DNA from: Eledone cirrhosa
Lineage: Eukaryota
Reading direction: 5' to 3'
Assembly (NCBI GenBank): GCA_964016885.1
Contig: OZ024747.1
Span: 51,460,001-51,524,000, forward strand
DNA length: 64,000 bases
Shown here: positions 30,460 through 45,088 of the stretch, in pieces
How the letters are laid out: each line of letters starts with the position of its first letter
Position numbering within the stretch: position 1 is the stretch's first letter
The notes under the pieces: generated by a model
The model's database searches: none
What the model saw: the letters and a program-made list of their open reading frames with translations, nothing else
Told to the model about the DNA's origin: nothing
Position numbers and translations under genes: made by a program

Positions 30460-30520
30460 TTTCATTCTGAGGATTGAAAGCAAATTTTTTTGCTTTTAAG
30501 AAACCACTGGTAAATGGGAT
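30460..30520 (+). ncRNA. Hammerhead ribozyme (CUGAGGA core, GUA site)
   Basis: TTCATT-CTGAGGA-TTGAAAGCAA..TTGCTTTTAA-GAAA-CCACTGG-TA-AATGGG. Confidence 0.75.
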
Positions 30521-30547
30521 AATTGTCTTATGTTGTTTATTACATAA

Positions 30548-30650
<103 letters not shown>

Positions 30651-30708
30651 CATATATACACACACATATATATATATTTATATATATATATATATATGTA
30701 TATATTAT

Positions 30709-30761
<53 letters not shown>

Positions 30762-31074
30762 ATAGTAATAATAACAATAATAGTATTAATATCAATAATA
30801 ATATTAGTAATAATAATGCACACTCCCACAAATAGAGCCGATAAACGAACATGTGCATGGAGTGGGTATAAAGGACTCCGTGTATTTAAGTATCAATTGT
30901 ATCAGTCTCTCTCATTCTCTCTATCCCCCTCCCTCTCCCTCTTCATCTCCCTCACCATCTCTCTCTCTCTCTATTTTGCAAGAGATGTCAACATGAATGG
31001 ACCTGCTATTTTTATCTAGAGGCATTTTTTCCAATTCCATCCCGCTCGTCCCCTCAATTTATTTTATTTTTCAT

Positions 31075-31195
31075 TGTTTCTTTTGATGAAGGACTAGCGT
31101 CCGAAACGTTAAGACCCTCTTCCTGCTATATCAAGCGTTAACCTAATATATACCTTCCACATACTGTACCGGTTGTGTTGTTTTTTCTGTTTACC

Positions 31196-31200
<5 letters not shown>
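31075..31200 (+). ncRNA. Minimal hammerhead remnant plus pLTR tail
   Basis: TCTT-TTGATGA-AGGACTAGCGTCC-GAAA-CG-TT-AAGA, with C3 mutated. Confidence 0.5.
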
Positions 31201-31269
<69 letters not shown>

Positions 31270-31278
31270 TTATATATA

Positions 31279-31646
31279 TAATATTACTTCAAGATATTAA
31301 TAAATATAGACATTCATGTGATCAAATATATGTTATTATACATATTTCAGAGGTACTGAGCTATTTCATCAGTACGTCCTCATCAGATAAAATAAATTGA
31401 ACCATCAGCACAGTTGAGGTATGTCAGACCTCAATTTATTTTATCTGATGAGGACGTACTGATGAAATAGCTCAGTACTTCTGAAATATGTATAATAAAA
31501 TGTATTTGATCACATGAATGTCTATATTTATTAATATTTTGAAGTAATATTAATAACTCCAGAAAACCTCTTTGTTGAGTGCTTCTAATCTATTGTAGAA
31601 CTTTATTCATTGATTAATCAATGAACATTGTTAAACTATTGATTAT
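31279..31646 (+). mobile_element. Fold-back pLTR mini-element with two opposed hammerheads (31330-31393 -, 31438-31501 +)
   Basis: Arms are 31279-31400 and 31431-31552. The + core reads ATTTTAT-CTGATGA-GGACGTACTGA..TCAGTACTTCT-GAAA-TATGTA-TA-ATAAAAT. Confidence 0.8.
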
Positions 31647-31647
31647 A

Positions 31648-31721
<74 letters not shown>

Positions 31722-31725
<4 letters not shown>

Positions 31726-31920
31726 GAAGGAAGTGTGGTAAGGAACCAGAGGGACCATAACGAAACCAGAGTACTCAATACTTAGGGTAGTAGAGTGGGT
31801 AATAGGAAAGTGTTCAACCCCGACGACAGAGTTCAAGCTGTTTCGACGGCTATTTCTGGAGTAATAGCCGTCGAAATAGCCGTCGAAACGGCTTGAGCTC
31901 TGCCGTCGGGGTTGAAAATG

Positions 31921-31923
<3 letters not shown>
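31722..31923 (-). mobile_element. TA-flanked hairpin mini-element family B, copy 1
   Basis: Homologous to 32708-32901 and 34805-35032; it ends in a terminal inverted repeat. Confidence 0.75.
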
Positions 31924-31969
<46 letters not shown>

Positions 31970-32668
31970 TGTATATATATATATATATATACTGTATATA
32001 TATATATACTGTATATATATATATATATACTGTATATATATATATATATATGTATCTATCTATCTATGTATCTATATCGATATATATATATATATATACA
32101 TGCATGTGTGTGTGTGTGTGAATGTATATGTATGTATGACCCTACAGATGTATGTATGTATGTATGTATGTATGTATGTATGTATGTATGTATGTATGTA
32201 TGTATGTATGTATGTATGTATGTATGTATGCATGGCCATGTCTGAGGTATGTGCATCAATGTGTGTGTAAGTATATATATATATATAGCTGTTGGACTGA
32301 ATACATAAACATATATACAGCTTAGAGGAATATGTGGAAGAATTTAATGACGTACATTCTCCAAGCAAGTACATATTCTCTCAGCTGGAGAAGAAATGCA
32401 ATACAGACATTTTTTTCTTTTTAGCTTTGAATGTTAAGATGAAGTTCTTATCGATTTCTTCCAATATCTAAGTGAGACAATGGATCGATACAGCCTACCG
32501 TCTCTAATTTCAATACAAAGATAGATGCATCTTTAGAAAAATATACACATTTAAATAAATATATACACTTATATATACATACATACTTACATACATATAT
32601 ATGGGTGTTTGTGGTGTGGTGTGGTGTTTGTATGTATGTATGCAGGAATGTGTATGTACATATATCTA

Positions 32669-32707
<39 letters not shown>

Positions 32708-32708
<1 letters not shown>

Positions 32709-32896
32709 ACGAAGGAAATGTGGTAAGGAACCAGGTGGACCATAACGCACCAAAGTACTCAATACTTGAGGTAGTAGAGTGGGTAATAGGAACCAGTAAG
32801 ACCCCGACAGCTGAGCTCAAGCCGTTTCGACGGCTAATTCTGGACAGAATTAGCCGTCGAAACGGCTTGAGCTCAGCTGTCGGGGTCTTACTGGTT

Positions 32897-32901
<5 letters not shown>
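32708..32901 (-). mobile_element. TA-flanked hairpin mini-element family B, copy 2
   Basis: Perfect 56-bp arms at 32786-32841 and 32846-32901, with loop GGAC. Confidence 0.8.
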
Positions 32902-32976
<75 letters not shown>

Positions 32977-33022
32977 GGAATACTGTTGGCTTTTTGCTAC
33001 AATGTTTTCTATACCTTTCATT

Positions 33023-33224
<202 letters not shown>

Positions 33225-33225
33225 C

Positions 33226-33278
<53 letters not shown>

Positions 33279-33279
33279 C

Positions 33280-33357
<78 letters not shown>

Positions 33358-33834
33358 ATATATATATATTCCCACTCCCGTTACTTACTACGTTTGGATT
33401 CATATACATCTCAGCGTGTATGTTTGTTTTGTATATACACCTCAAACCCACACATAGTGTGTGTGCATCTTCTTTATGTGAGACAGAAGAAGCACAAACC
33501 CTACCATAGTGTGTGTACGTGAGCATTAGAGTGTACATATTTATTTTAGTCTACAGCGTTGAGGGGAGGCAGACATATTGTTTTTAATATACCGTTTTGT
33601 CAATACGAACTGACATATATAAACTAACATATATATATATATATTAGTCCAAATATATGAATATATATATATATATTCGCTACCAGATATTTTGTTTTAG
33701 TCTCATTCATTCTCAGCCCCACACTCATGGACACTGTCTCAACCTCCAGCATCAAATCCTCTGCCTCCTTCACTGTATTTGTCACCAAAACTATGTCGTC
33801 GGAAAATTCAGCATCCGATACATTTTTCGCCTTA

Positions 33835-33990
33835 ACTCTCCAAGACCAAGGTTAACGTATGTTGATGCCCTAAGGACAGACACTGGTCTGTTGGAGACGC
33901 AGGACATGGCAGCGATAATGAGGGACAAAGACCGCTGGAGAGAACTCGTCCATGGATCTCGGGAATTTTACCCGCCTTAGATAGATATAT
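33835..33990 (+). mobile_element. RTE-like LINE 3' end with (AGAT) tail
   Basis: RPRLTYVDALRTDTGL...MRDKDRWRELV. A second copy lies at 60442-60545. Confidence 0.7.
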
Positions 33991-34422
33991 ATATAGATAT
34001 ATTCATGAGTTGAAACGGCAACTGCTGAGCCATGGGTTCGCGACTCTTTATAATATACGCAAACTGGACTGCCCTAAATATCTAGAGTTCTCTTGAGTAA
34101 AGGTTTAAGTAGTTTTAAAGTAGTTCTATCCTGATTTACACACACTCTCATACGGGCATATATATATATATAGGGTGTCGCTTCTCAAAGAACTGGCATG
34201 TATGCCACCACTTCTTTGAGAAAACACTACACTTCGGAACTGGGCATATCAACGAAATAACGGAGGTAAACTTTGATCCACCATTATGTTTTTCTCTTTA
34301 TTCGGTTGAATTTCTAGCTGTCTGATGAGGTCATAGCTGTTGAATAATGGTTATCACCAAAATATACATACCACCGAGTATGAATAAACGAAGTTAATTT
34401 TAACCTGTTGACTTACACATCT

Positions 34423-34545
<123 letters not shown>

Positions 34546-34583
34546 TATATATGTATATATATATATATGTATATATATATATG

Positions 34584-35092
<509 letters not shown>

Positions 35093-35713
35093 CAAATGGG
35101 TTACATATGAAACCCATTTGCAACTCCGCAGCGCCCTTATTATCATATTTACACATATTTTTTCCTCTGCTGCTACACCGTCTTTTTCGTTCTATGTATC
35201 TTTACCCTTTCTAGCAGTCTCTCTTTCTCTGTTAGCCTCTTCCTCACCCTTCACTCACTCATTCTATGTCACCACCTCTCCTCCTCCTCCTCTTTCTTCC
35301 CGTTTGACCTGTGAGTAACTCTTTTCTCTCACATTCTCGGCCAAGCTGGTCGGAATTTTTTCTCTCTCGTCTACGATTTCACAGAACTTATGTTTACCGA
35401 ATTCGCAGACCAGACCTCTTCTTCCTCCCGTTAGACCTGTGCGAAATTCCTTCCTTGCTCACATTTCAACCAGGTTTGATGGTCTTTATTCTCTCGTTCA
35501 CGATTTCACCGAACTTAAATTCATAGAAATCTGGGACTTGTCTTCTTCTTCCTCACTTTCTGTTGCCTCACCATTTTGTTTGTTTACCCTCGCGTCCCCT
35601 TTATTTACGTGTCCCAACGACTTTTTTAGGGCGATTTCGCCCTACTCTGGGCAGCGTGTATATTAGCTTTCTCTCTATCCATGAGGTTAGATGTGTAGTA
35701 AACAGAATCCACA

Positions 35714-35788
35714 TTTGCTGACTGATGAACCTGTGGCTGTTAAACTGCACATTTCTGTGGGGAAACGAACTTGATTCGTATCAGCAAA
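35714..35788 (+). ncRNA. Canonical type I hammerhead ribozyme, fully paired
   Basis: TTTGCTGA-CTGATGA-A-CCTGTGG..CTGTGGG-GAAA-CGAA(CTTGA)TTCG-TA-TCAGCAAA. Stem I is a perfect 8 bp and stem III is 4+1 bp. Predicted cleavage after GUA at 35780. Confidence 0.88.
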
Positions 35789-36068
35789 CTTATAGTTATA
35801 AGGTTGGTAATTTAAAACTGTACTTCAGAGATTTGATTCTGACTTAGGTTTTTTTTCTATTTAATTGCTAAACCTGTAGATATTGTTTTCGATACAGTAA
35901 CGGTAAAAATCACTTGTAATAATTCTTTCCACACATCTCACTGTGTAACACACTTCTATTTGTGTAATATATTTGTATCTGAGCTCAGAAGAAAATTCTC
36001 TATTCTTCTTTGAGCTAATATTATTATTATTACTGTGAACTGCTGAATACTCTAAATTCTGATCCTAG

Positions 36069-36203
<135 letters not shown>

Positions 36204-36499
36204 CATATACGTATATATACATATATATACATACGATATATTAATAAATGGAAACTATATTTATAAAACCATATTTAATTCATTATGCATATTTCAAGGA
36301 CACCAAGTCAAATTATGGTGCGCTTTCATCAGATAAAATATAATATAGATCAGTTTTATAAATAAATATTGACATACCCTTAAAGAATGCGACCATTTCT
36401 GTTGGAAGCTCCCGGATAGTGGGGTTATTAAATTTATTTACTCTATTATGCAAATTAGTGTCGGATATGTTTAAATCACAGTAGATTTAAAATAGGCTG

Positions 36500-37745
36500 A
36501 TGGAATTCTCTAATAATTAATAAATAATTCTCTACATAGAAAAATACCTGGGATGACCGAAGGTTTATATCGCGACGATATGCTATTACTTATCGAAAAT
36601 AATAACTGTGAATTAAATAAGAAAAGAAAAGAAATTATACAATGTTTTAATTACCTTAATCTAAAAGTAGAAATAGAGAATAACCATAAAATAGTTAATT
36701 TTCTAGATGTAACATCAAACCTTAACACATGTCTTCATTATCCTTTTCACAAACTAAACGAGTACTTAAACTACGTTAATTTTAACTCTGATCACCCCAG
36801 TTCCGTTAAAAATACTATAGTGAATTCTGTACAGCAACGCATTTCTAGAATTTCAGCTAATCGGAATATATTTGATGATAAAGCACATTATTACAACGAA
36901 GCGTTAGGTAGAGCTGGATATAGAAATAAAATTAAATACATTAATAATAATTATATAACAACTAACCATAATCTTAACAATTTTAACAACTATAATAGAA
37001 AACCTTACAATAATTCAGAAAACAAAAAAAAAAGAAATAGAACTAGGAATATATTATGGTTTGCTCCTCCTTTCTCATTAAATATTAAAACTCCTATTGC
37101 TAAACTATTCTTTAAAGCTCTTGACAAACGCTTCCCTAGAACACATAGATATTACTCAATATTTAATAGACATACTATAAAATTAACTTATTCAACCACC
37201 AAAAATTTAGCGCAGAATATTAATAGAATTAATAATAGAAACTTAAAACCTAACCAAAATACCACTAACGACCCCAGCAATATCCAATTTAGTAATACAG
37301 CTCAATTTAATAATACAGCTCCTAGTAACTTCAATTTTGATAAATGTAACTGTAGAAATAAATCTAACTGTCCGTTAAATAACAATTGTTTAGCTAAAAA
37401 TATAGTATATAATCGTAATGTAAAAACTAATTTAAATTCATTTAATTATGTAGGATCTACTTCCACAGATTTTAAATCTCGTTTTAATAACCATAAATGC
37501 TCTTTTACGCATTTAAACAAAAATCTTCAACTTCTCTATCTAGCTTATTATGGGACCTTAAATCAAGGAACGTTAAATATTCGTTACTTTGGAATATTAT
37601 TTCAAATGCTCCTCCATTTAACTCCTCTTCCCTAAATTGTGATCTTTGTATAGAGGAAATATTCTTTATATTAAAAAGCAAAAAATCCCTGAACGTAAGA
37701 AGCAATCTTTTCAGTTGCTGCAAACAATTTATATTTAAATGTTGA
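36500..37745 (+). pseudogene. Naiad-like RT C-half + GIY-YIG, frameshift near 37520
   Basis: Motifs GLYRDDM, VNFLDV, SDHP, ILWFAPPFS, IFNRHTIKLTYS, CNCRNKSNCPLNNNC, IVY...YVGST and CDLCIEE. Confidence 0.9.
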
Positions 37746-38755
37746 ATTCAATCTATAAATTGAACTCAACGTTTAAATATAAATTTAAAATGTAATATAT
37801 AACTCATTCTATTAAATCTATTGAACCTATCGATAAATCATTAGATTCCTTCATTTGACTGCTTAAAACTCTCCTTAAAAAAAAACGTTTTCCTTGAAAA
37901 TTTTTCTAGATAAACATACTGAAAGATTTTAAATGGGAGAGGTTTTTTGGAAAATATTTTCTTTGAAAGTTTCTCCCATTTTTTGAAAATTTCTCTTTCT
38001 TTGAAAATTTTCTCGTATGGTTATAAAAAATGAAGTTAAACATACTGAGAGTTAAATATTATATTAAAAAAATTAAAATTCATTTTTATACTGAATTTTT
38101 ATACATATTCTTGTATATTTTTAAAAATTATATCTTAAAATATTTTTTAATATTTTTTAATATTTTTTAATATTTTTTTTAAAATTATATTGCTTTAAAG
38201 TTATATTGCTTAAAATTATATAATTCCTCTTAAAATTATAAAATTATAATTCATTTTTATTTTATATTATGTACTTTATATTTATCTCTCTCTCTATATA
38301 TATATATGATATATGTCTACCTGTATGTGTATATATATGTGTATGTATCTGTGTATGGGTTGTGTATATGTATGGGTACATGTGTCTATGTCTCTATATA
38401 TACATACAATTCGAATGCACTCTGTTATAAAGGGTTTCTTACGGGTTATGCTAAACAAACTTATATTATAACAGTCACAACTACATAACAGGTGGATTTA
38501 AGAGATATATAAAATTTATAAAATTTATAAAATTATAACTTACTATTAAATAATATAAGGTTTTATAATCTTAACTTTCTTTTATTATCTTAACATTTAT
38601 AACATTTAATATAAGTAAATAACTTAATTTCCTTCACGCTGTATTGCTATTACATAGAAACGATTTTTCTCCGATTTTTTCTCAGTTTTGTCCGAAAAAT
38701 CTATAAGTATAGAAAAATTCATATATCTTAAACATAAAAAATCTTATATTGTATG

Positions 38756-38816
<61 letters not shown>

Positions 38817-39413
38817 ATATGAATATATTCTTTTAATAATATATAGATTTTTTAATAATATATAGTTTTTAATAATATATAGATTTTAATAATATATAGA
38901 TCTCAATTTTAATGTATAGATCTCAATAATTTAATTGATAATTTAATTGATAAACTAAACATTTAATCAAATTTAAACATTGGATAACATTCTCCAGTTA
39001 TTATTATTTATTTTTTTTCTATTCTCCGTTATTTACTCTTCATAACTCATCCAATAAATATTTATTTTTTCAATTCATATTAAAATTTACGCTAATACAA
39101 CACCCTATCACTTAGGGCTTTCTCCTTCTCTCTCTCTCTCTTTCTCTTTCTCTTTGATTTTTCTTCTCTTTCTCTTACTCTTTCTCTTTCTCTTGAGTTT
39201 GCTCTTTTTTTCTCTTTTTCTTTTCTTTCCCTTTTTTCTTTTTCCATACTACAACGGCCTATTTTAAATCTACTGTGTTTTAAACATATCCGACACTAAT
39301 TTGCATAATAGACTAAATAAATTTAATAACCCCACTATCCGGGAGCTTCCAACAGAACTGGTCGCATTCTTTAAGGGTATGTCAATATTTATTTATATAA
39401 CTGATCTATATTA

Positions 39414-39478
39414 TATTTTATCTGATGAAAGCGCACCATAATTTGACTTGGTGTCCTTGAAATATGTATAATGAAATA
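39414..39478 (+). ncRNA. Type I hammerhead ribozyme (PLE pLTR)
   Basis: TATTTTAT-CTGATGA-AAGCGCACCA..TGGTGTCCTT-GAAA-TATGTA-TA-ATGAAATA. Confidence 0.8.
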
Positions 39479-39687
39479 AATATGGTTTTATAAATATAGT
39501 TTCCATTTGTTAATATATCGTATTTTTACTCCAATAATTTGTTGAGTGCTTTATATCAGTTATAAAAATATTTGCTTCTTGTATCCCAACAATTTAAATA
39601 TAACTTCTACATATATACATACATATATACACATACATATATATATACATATATATACATACATATACACAAACACACACATATATA

Positions 39688-39742
<55 letters not shown>

Positions 39743-40194
39743 ACATACATACATACATTCATATATATATATACATACATATATATATACACACACACAC
39801 ATATATATTGTTCCGTGCAGCCTGCGTCAAATATCCGTGAAACCGGAAAAGGTCTCCGGACCAATATGCCGGACCGGTACGGAACTATTAGGTTCTATCT
39901 TTACCAATTAGGTACTGTAGGCCAACGTAAGGTAACATAAAGTGAGTATCAAAATAAGACGCGCGAAGAAGGTTTAGAGATGAATTTAAATACAATAAAT
40001 TAAGTGTAGTCTAACTTAAGGTATCTTAAAGGAAATAGCAGAGTGAGACACATGAAGGTGAATAAGGGATAAATTAAATTAAATTAAAGATTAAATTAAA
40101 GATTAGAGTGATACAGAAGAAGAGAGAGCAGATAGTGTGCAACAATATACGAGATAAACAGATATGGTGTAGACAGATAAAATGATAAGTACAT

Positions 40195-42400
40195 ATAATA
40201 ATAATAATAATAATGATTTCTTTATTGGCCAAAAGAGCTGAGACCAATAAAAACATTACAGACGGCACAGGACGCTAAGATGTGGGTTTTGTGCATGTAA
40301 AGATTTTTTATTATTTATATAAGAAACGAAAAAGAAAAAAGACATAGAAACATATATATATATATAAACAATAAAAATGAAAATTCAAACAATGAAAAAT
40401 TCCCCAATAGGGGGAAACCTCCGAGGGTTACTCGTGGCGAAAACCACACGAAAGATCACGGCCACCCTTACCACCAGGGCAAGCGCCCTCTCTCAGATTT
40501 TTTTACCATTCCTCAAACTACAAGCGTATATTCAGAGCGTTCCCGTTCACGCGGACCATTCTCGCTACATTCACCCACGTTTCAACAAACTTGCTAGAAG
40601 ACAGCACTTGCCTCTCCACCCTGATTTTCCTCTTGAAGTGAAACTTGAAAAAGTTAATCAGGAATTCGCCGAAGAGGAAAGTGTCTGTCTTTAATCCTTT
40701 CAACCTTGTCCACTTCACAATCTCTTTCGCCATGGCCACCAGGCAGATGAAAACCGCCTGCCCTTCCTCCTTGAAGGAAGACGGCGAGACCATCTGCACA
40801 ATGGACTCAGTCGATAACCGGATCGGTCCTACAGGCGACACCAACTGTTCGACATAGCTCCACAAGTCAGCAATGCTCGGGCACTGAACGAGTGCGTGCA
40901 CGACGGTTTCGTCGCTCTGCGCGCATCTCGGACAGACTCGGCTGACGGCACTTCCGTGCCTGTAGTGGTTATCTCGAACTGGCAAAGCTCCCCGGTAGCA
41001 CTGCCAGGCCAGGGATTTCTGGAAGTTATCCATAGGCCCTGGGCAGAAAGATCTCCGGAAGAGAGCAAACAGCTGATTTTCTTCGACGCCCAGGATCTCT
41101 CCGAGAACGTCGTCGCTCTTCCCCGCCACTAATCCTCTATAGAACGCCGAGGTGGATGTTCCACCGATACTGGTGCCCAGCTGGCAGAGGGCAGTGAGCG
41201 CCTGGAGACATTCCAGTTTCCAAGCGCTATCCCTCGGTCTTTTCCTGGCCCAGGACTGCAGTTCCGTCAAGGAGACGAGCTGTGGGAAAACGTGCCCGGC
41301 GAACGGCGCCACACCTATTCACTGTCAAGGAAGCATCAGAGATGTCGCAGCCTCAGCGCATGTTTGCGCATCAGCCATGGCATTCCCAGTCCTCCACGCA
41401 ACGGTTGTTGACAGCAGTTGGATCGTCTGACCATGGGAGCGCGTCCCTCCCACAAAAAGTGGAAGAGGAGGCGCTCCAATTTGGTGAGAGTTGGGCGGGG
41501 GCAAGGGACGACGGTGAGGCGGTAGCTGATGACGGATGCGATGTACGAATTCGCTACCTCCGCCCGGCCTTTCAGGGACAGCTTCCTCTCGGCCCATTTC
41601 TGGGCGAGGGAGGCCACCCTGCTCGTCACCTCGCTCCAGTTTTTCTCCATCTGGAGGTCCGGTCCGAGCCAGATCCGGAGTAATTTAACCGGTCCATCCG
41701 TCCAACGCCCCACGACGCTGTCGGACGACATGGACTTGCCTCTCCAGGTGCCGAGCTGCAAGCCCACCGACTTTTCCTGGTTTATCTTTGCTCCTGTTAC
41801 CGCTTCGTACTCCTTGAGTGCGGTGCCGAACATCTGGACGTGTCTGGTGCTGGACACCACCACGGTGACGTCGTGGGCGTAAGCTGACCCGTCAACGCCC
41901 GCTTAACTAATACGCTAATCCGGTTTCTGTAGGCTTTGCGCGCCGGGAAAGACGCGTTCAGCTTCCAGTAACCGGGACCATGTCTATGAAGTCTGTCACA
42001 GATCACAAATTTGTGGTCTGTGTAGTCGACTATTTTAAATTGTGGACAACTTATACTAGCTTTATCTAGTTCTCTGCAGAATACCCTATCGAGATACGAT
42101 CTGGATGACCCAATGCGGTTTGTCCATGTCCACATTGGCACCTTCGGGTGATCCAGTCGATACCAGTCAGACAGTTCAAAACATATGAAAGCATTGCCTT
42201 CGCTGCCGGTCACGTCCAGTACCACCGACTTACCTTCTGGGTCCAGGAAGATGGCCCGTATGGCGAGATCCAAGCCTCTCCGAAAAAGGACCCCCCCCCC
42301 GATTATGGACGGCTGGGAGATGCGTATACATCGTAGCCGCTGAATATCGGTGCGAAGGCACGTGCTTCGGAGATTCAGGTCTCGCTGATGGCCACCACAT
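40195..42400 (-). mobile_element. Tx1/L1-clade LINE, 5'-truncated and internally deleted, (TTA)n tail
   Basis: APE-endonuclease pieces (WTWTN..SYLDRVF, TDHK, GPGYWKLN) are fused near 41885 directly to AYAHDVTV (mutated YADD). KINQEKS, LSLKGR, GGLG and the zf-RVT motif CPRC...ETVVHALVQC follow. Confidence 0.88.
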
Positions 42401-42594
42401 CTATACATATATACATATATATATATACATACATACACACACATGTATATATATATATATAGTATTAAGGATACTATTTATGGTTATGTATACAATAAAA
42501 TCTTTTATGGTTATATATTTTTTATACAAACCCCAAATAGTGAAGGATAGTCATTTATTACTATCTTATTACCAGTAAGATAAATAGCTCAATG

Positions 42595-42780
42595 TAATAA
42601 CTGTTTCTAATGAGGCACTAGGCTAGCAATTATCCAGTGCATTACTGGTACTTTATTTTATCGACCCCGTAAGGATGAAAAGCAAAGTCAACCTCGGCGG
42701 CATTTGAACTCAGATCGTAAAGGGACGTAACTATGCTGGAAAGCATGGCGTCCGACCCTCTACCGATACTGCCAATCCAT
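42595..42780 (-). mobile_element. tRNA-derived Nin/Deu-domain SINE
   Basis: Reverse complement of the 11395 SINE plus its 5' head; near-identical to 48925-49110. Confidence 0.75.
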
Positions 42781-42826
42781 AGCTCAATGTAATAACATCA
42801 GTTGTTTTACAGAGCAGTTATTGTAA

Positions 42827-42862
<36 letters not shown>

Positions 42863-42877
42863 CACATATATATATAC

Positions 42878-42908
<31 letters not shown>

Positions 42909-43388
42909 ACCCTCTTCCTCTCGCCACCACCTATTCCAGCGTCCTTTTCTTCTCGTTCTCCTTCTTTCACTTTCAATCTCAAAGATCCTTTTTCTACAGC
43001 CGTCTTTTCCTTTCTCTCATCTTCACCATACATGTTATTAAACTCTCTATATATCAATTAATGATCCCCACCAGCTAACAATCTATCTACTGTCCCTTTC
43101 AGTATATCTAATAATAACCCCTCCCTACTCTATATCTTTACTATATGTAATAATAACCCACATAACCTAAACGTTGCATTCTACATTTTCATATATATTT
43201 TATCTATGTATTTATTTATGTGGTTATGAAGATATTCACCCTAGTTCTATGTATATATTACGTGTATATATGTATATGTATATATATATAGGTATGTATA
43301 TATATATGTATCTACGTATGTATGCAATATATGTATATATCTATATATGTATATATGTAAGTATGTATATACATATATATATATATAT

Positions 43389-43498
<110 letters not shown>

Positions 43499-43583
43499 AT
43501 ATATATATATAGGTATGTATATATATGTATCTACGTATGTATGCAATATATGTATATATGTATATATGTAAGTATGTATATAC

Positions 43584-43648
<65 letters not shown>

Positions 43649-43774
43649 GTAGGAGGTGAGTTTTATTGTAGTACAATAAAGCAATGCAGATATCGGATAA
43701 GAAGCACTCTACAGTTTGTGGGACTGGAGTATGCATAATATAAGATCAAAAGATGGTTAAAGGAGTTCAATATA

Positions 43775-43841
43775 TTTTATTATGCGCATTTCAAAAACAA
43801 ACATCATCAAACAATAATATTTGTGTTTTCATCAGATAAAA
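43775..43841 (-). ncRNA. Type I hammerhead ribozyme (3' pLTR)
   Basis: TTTTAT-CTGATGA-AAACACAAAT..TTTGTTTTT-GAAA-TGCGCA-TA-ATAAAA, with a palindromic stem III. Confidence 0.8.
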
Positions 43842-44102
43842 CAGGAGAACATGATATGAAGGCTAAAAAAAACACTTGTTGATAGTGCAGTTTTAAATCA
43901 ACATATGAAAAGTGGTTTTAGATTGATGTGTGATATTGGGAAAAATATTTTATTTAGAGAGGGGGGGAGAGAAAAGGATGAAAAGGGAAGGAGATGAGAG
44001 GGAGAGATGGGTGATAGAGAGAGAGAGATAGTTTTTATAACAGAGAGGAGATATATTTTATATAGAGGGGTTGAAAACCGTTGGAAGATACTGTATAAAT
44101 TA

Positions 44103-44133
<31 letters not shown>

Positions 44134-45088
44134 GAAAATTAACGAAGGGAGGATATGTGCGAGGAAAAAATATATTATATTTAGGGAGGGGTGGGGGTGG
44201 AAAGGATGAAAAAAAGGGGAGGAGATGAGAGTGAAGGTGGAAAGGGAGAGATGGGTGATAGAGAGAAAGAGATAGTTTTTATAACTGAGAAAAAGATATA
44301 ATGTTTTAATATAGAGAGGTTGGGAACCGTTGGAAGATAATGTATAAATTAAAGGAATTTGAAAATTAACGAAGGGAAATTATGTATGGAGATAGAGAGA
44401 AAAAAATAACGAAGGGAGATTATGTATGGAGATAGAGAGAAAAAAATAATAATTGTGGGTGAATATTCAAAAGGAGAAATGTAGGAATCTTAAAATTAGC
44501 AAAGAGAAAATGTTTATGTATAGGATTTGAGAAAAATTTATATTGAATTCATATGTATTAATAATGAGTTCGTTGATGGGGAGAAAAAAATAATAATAAT
44601 AAATTAAGGATGAAATTGAGATTAAAAAGATTTATGATAGAGAGAAAAAATAATAATGATTGCGGATGAATACTCAAAATGTCAAAAACAAATGTTATTG
44701 TTTTACGAAGAGATATAATGAGGGTGATGAGTAAACGGGTATTATAGAGTGTATAATGCCCTTTAAAGTAAGGTAGATGGGTATATTTTAAAGAATATAT
44801 GAGTATATATTAAAAAAAAAAATATATATAATAATAAATTAAGGATGAAATTGAGATTAAAAAGATTTATGATAGAGGGAAAAAAAAAATAATAATGATT
44901 GCGGATGAATATTCAAAATGTCAAAAACAAATGTTATTGTTTTACGAGAAGATAGGATGAGGTAAATGAATAAACGAGTACTATAGAGTGTATAATGCCC
45001 TTTAAAGTAAGGTAGATGGGTATATTTTAAAGAGGTGTATGTATATGTGCCTTTGAGAAAAGATTCTAAATTGATAAAGAATTGAATA

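Larger units (their letters stand above)
26869..30545 (+). mobile_element. Penelope-like element 1, with tandem 3' pLTR copies
   Basis: The ORF is followed by two ~100-bp direct repeats (29207-29306 and 30448-30545), each containing a hammerhead. Flanked by (TA)n. Confidence 0.8.
36234..39610 (+). mobile_element. Penelope-like element 2, 5'-truncated, with inverted pLTR
   Basis: 36234-36497 is an inversion of 39256-39520. It contains an ORF and a long AT-rich 3'UTR, with hammerheads at 36276-36340 (-) and 39414-39478 (+). Flanked by (TA)n. Confidence 0.9.
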
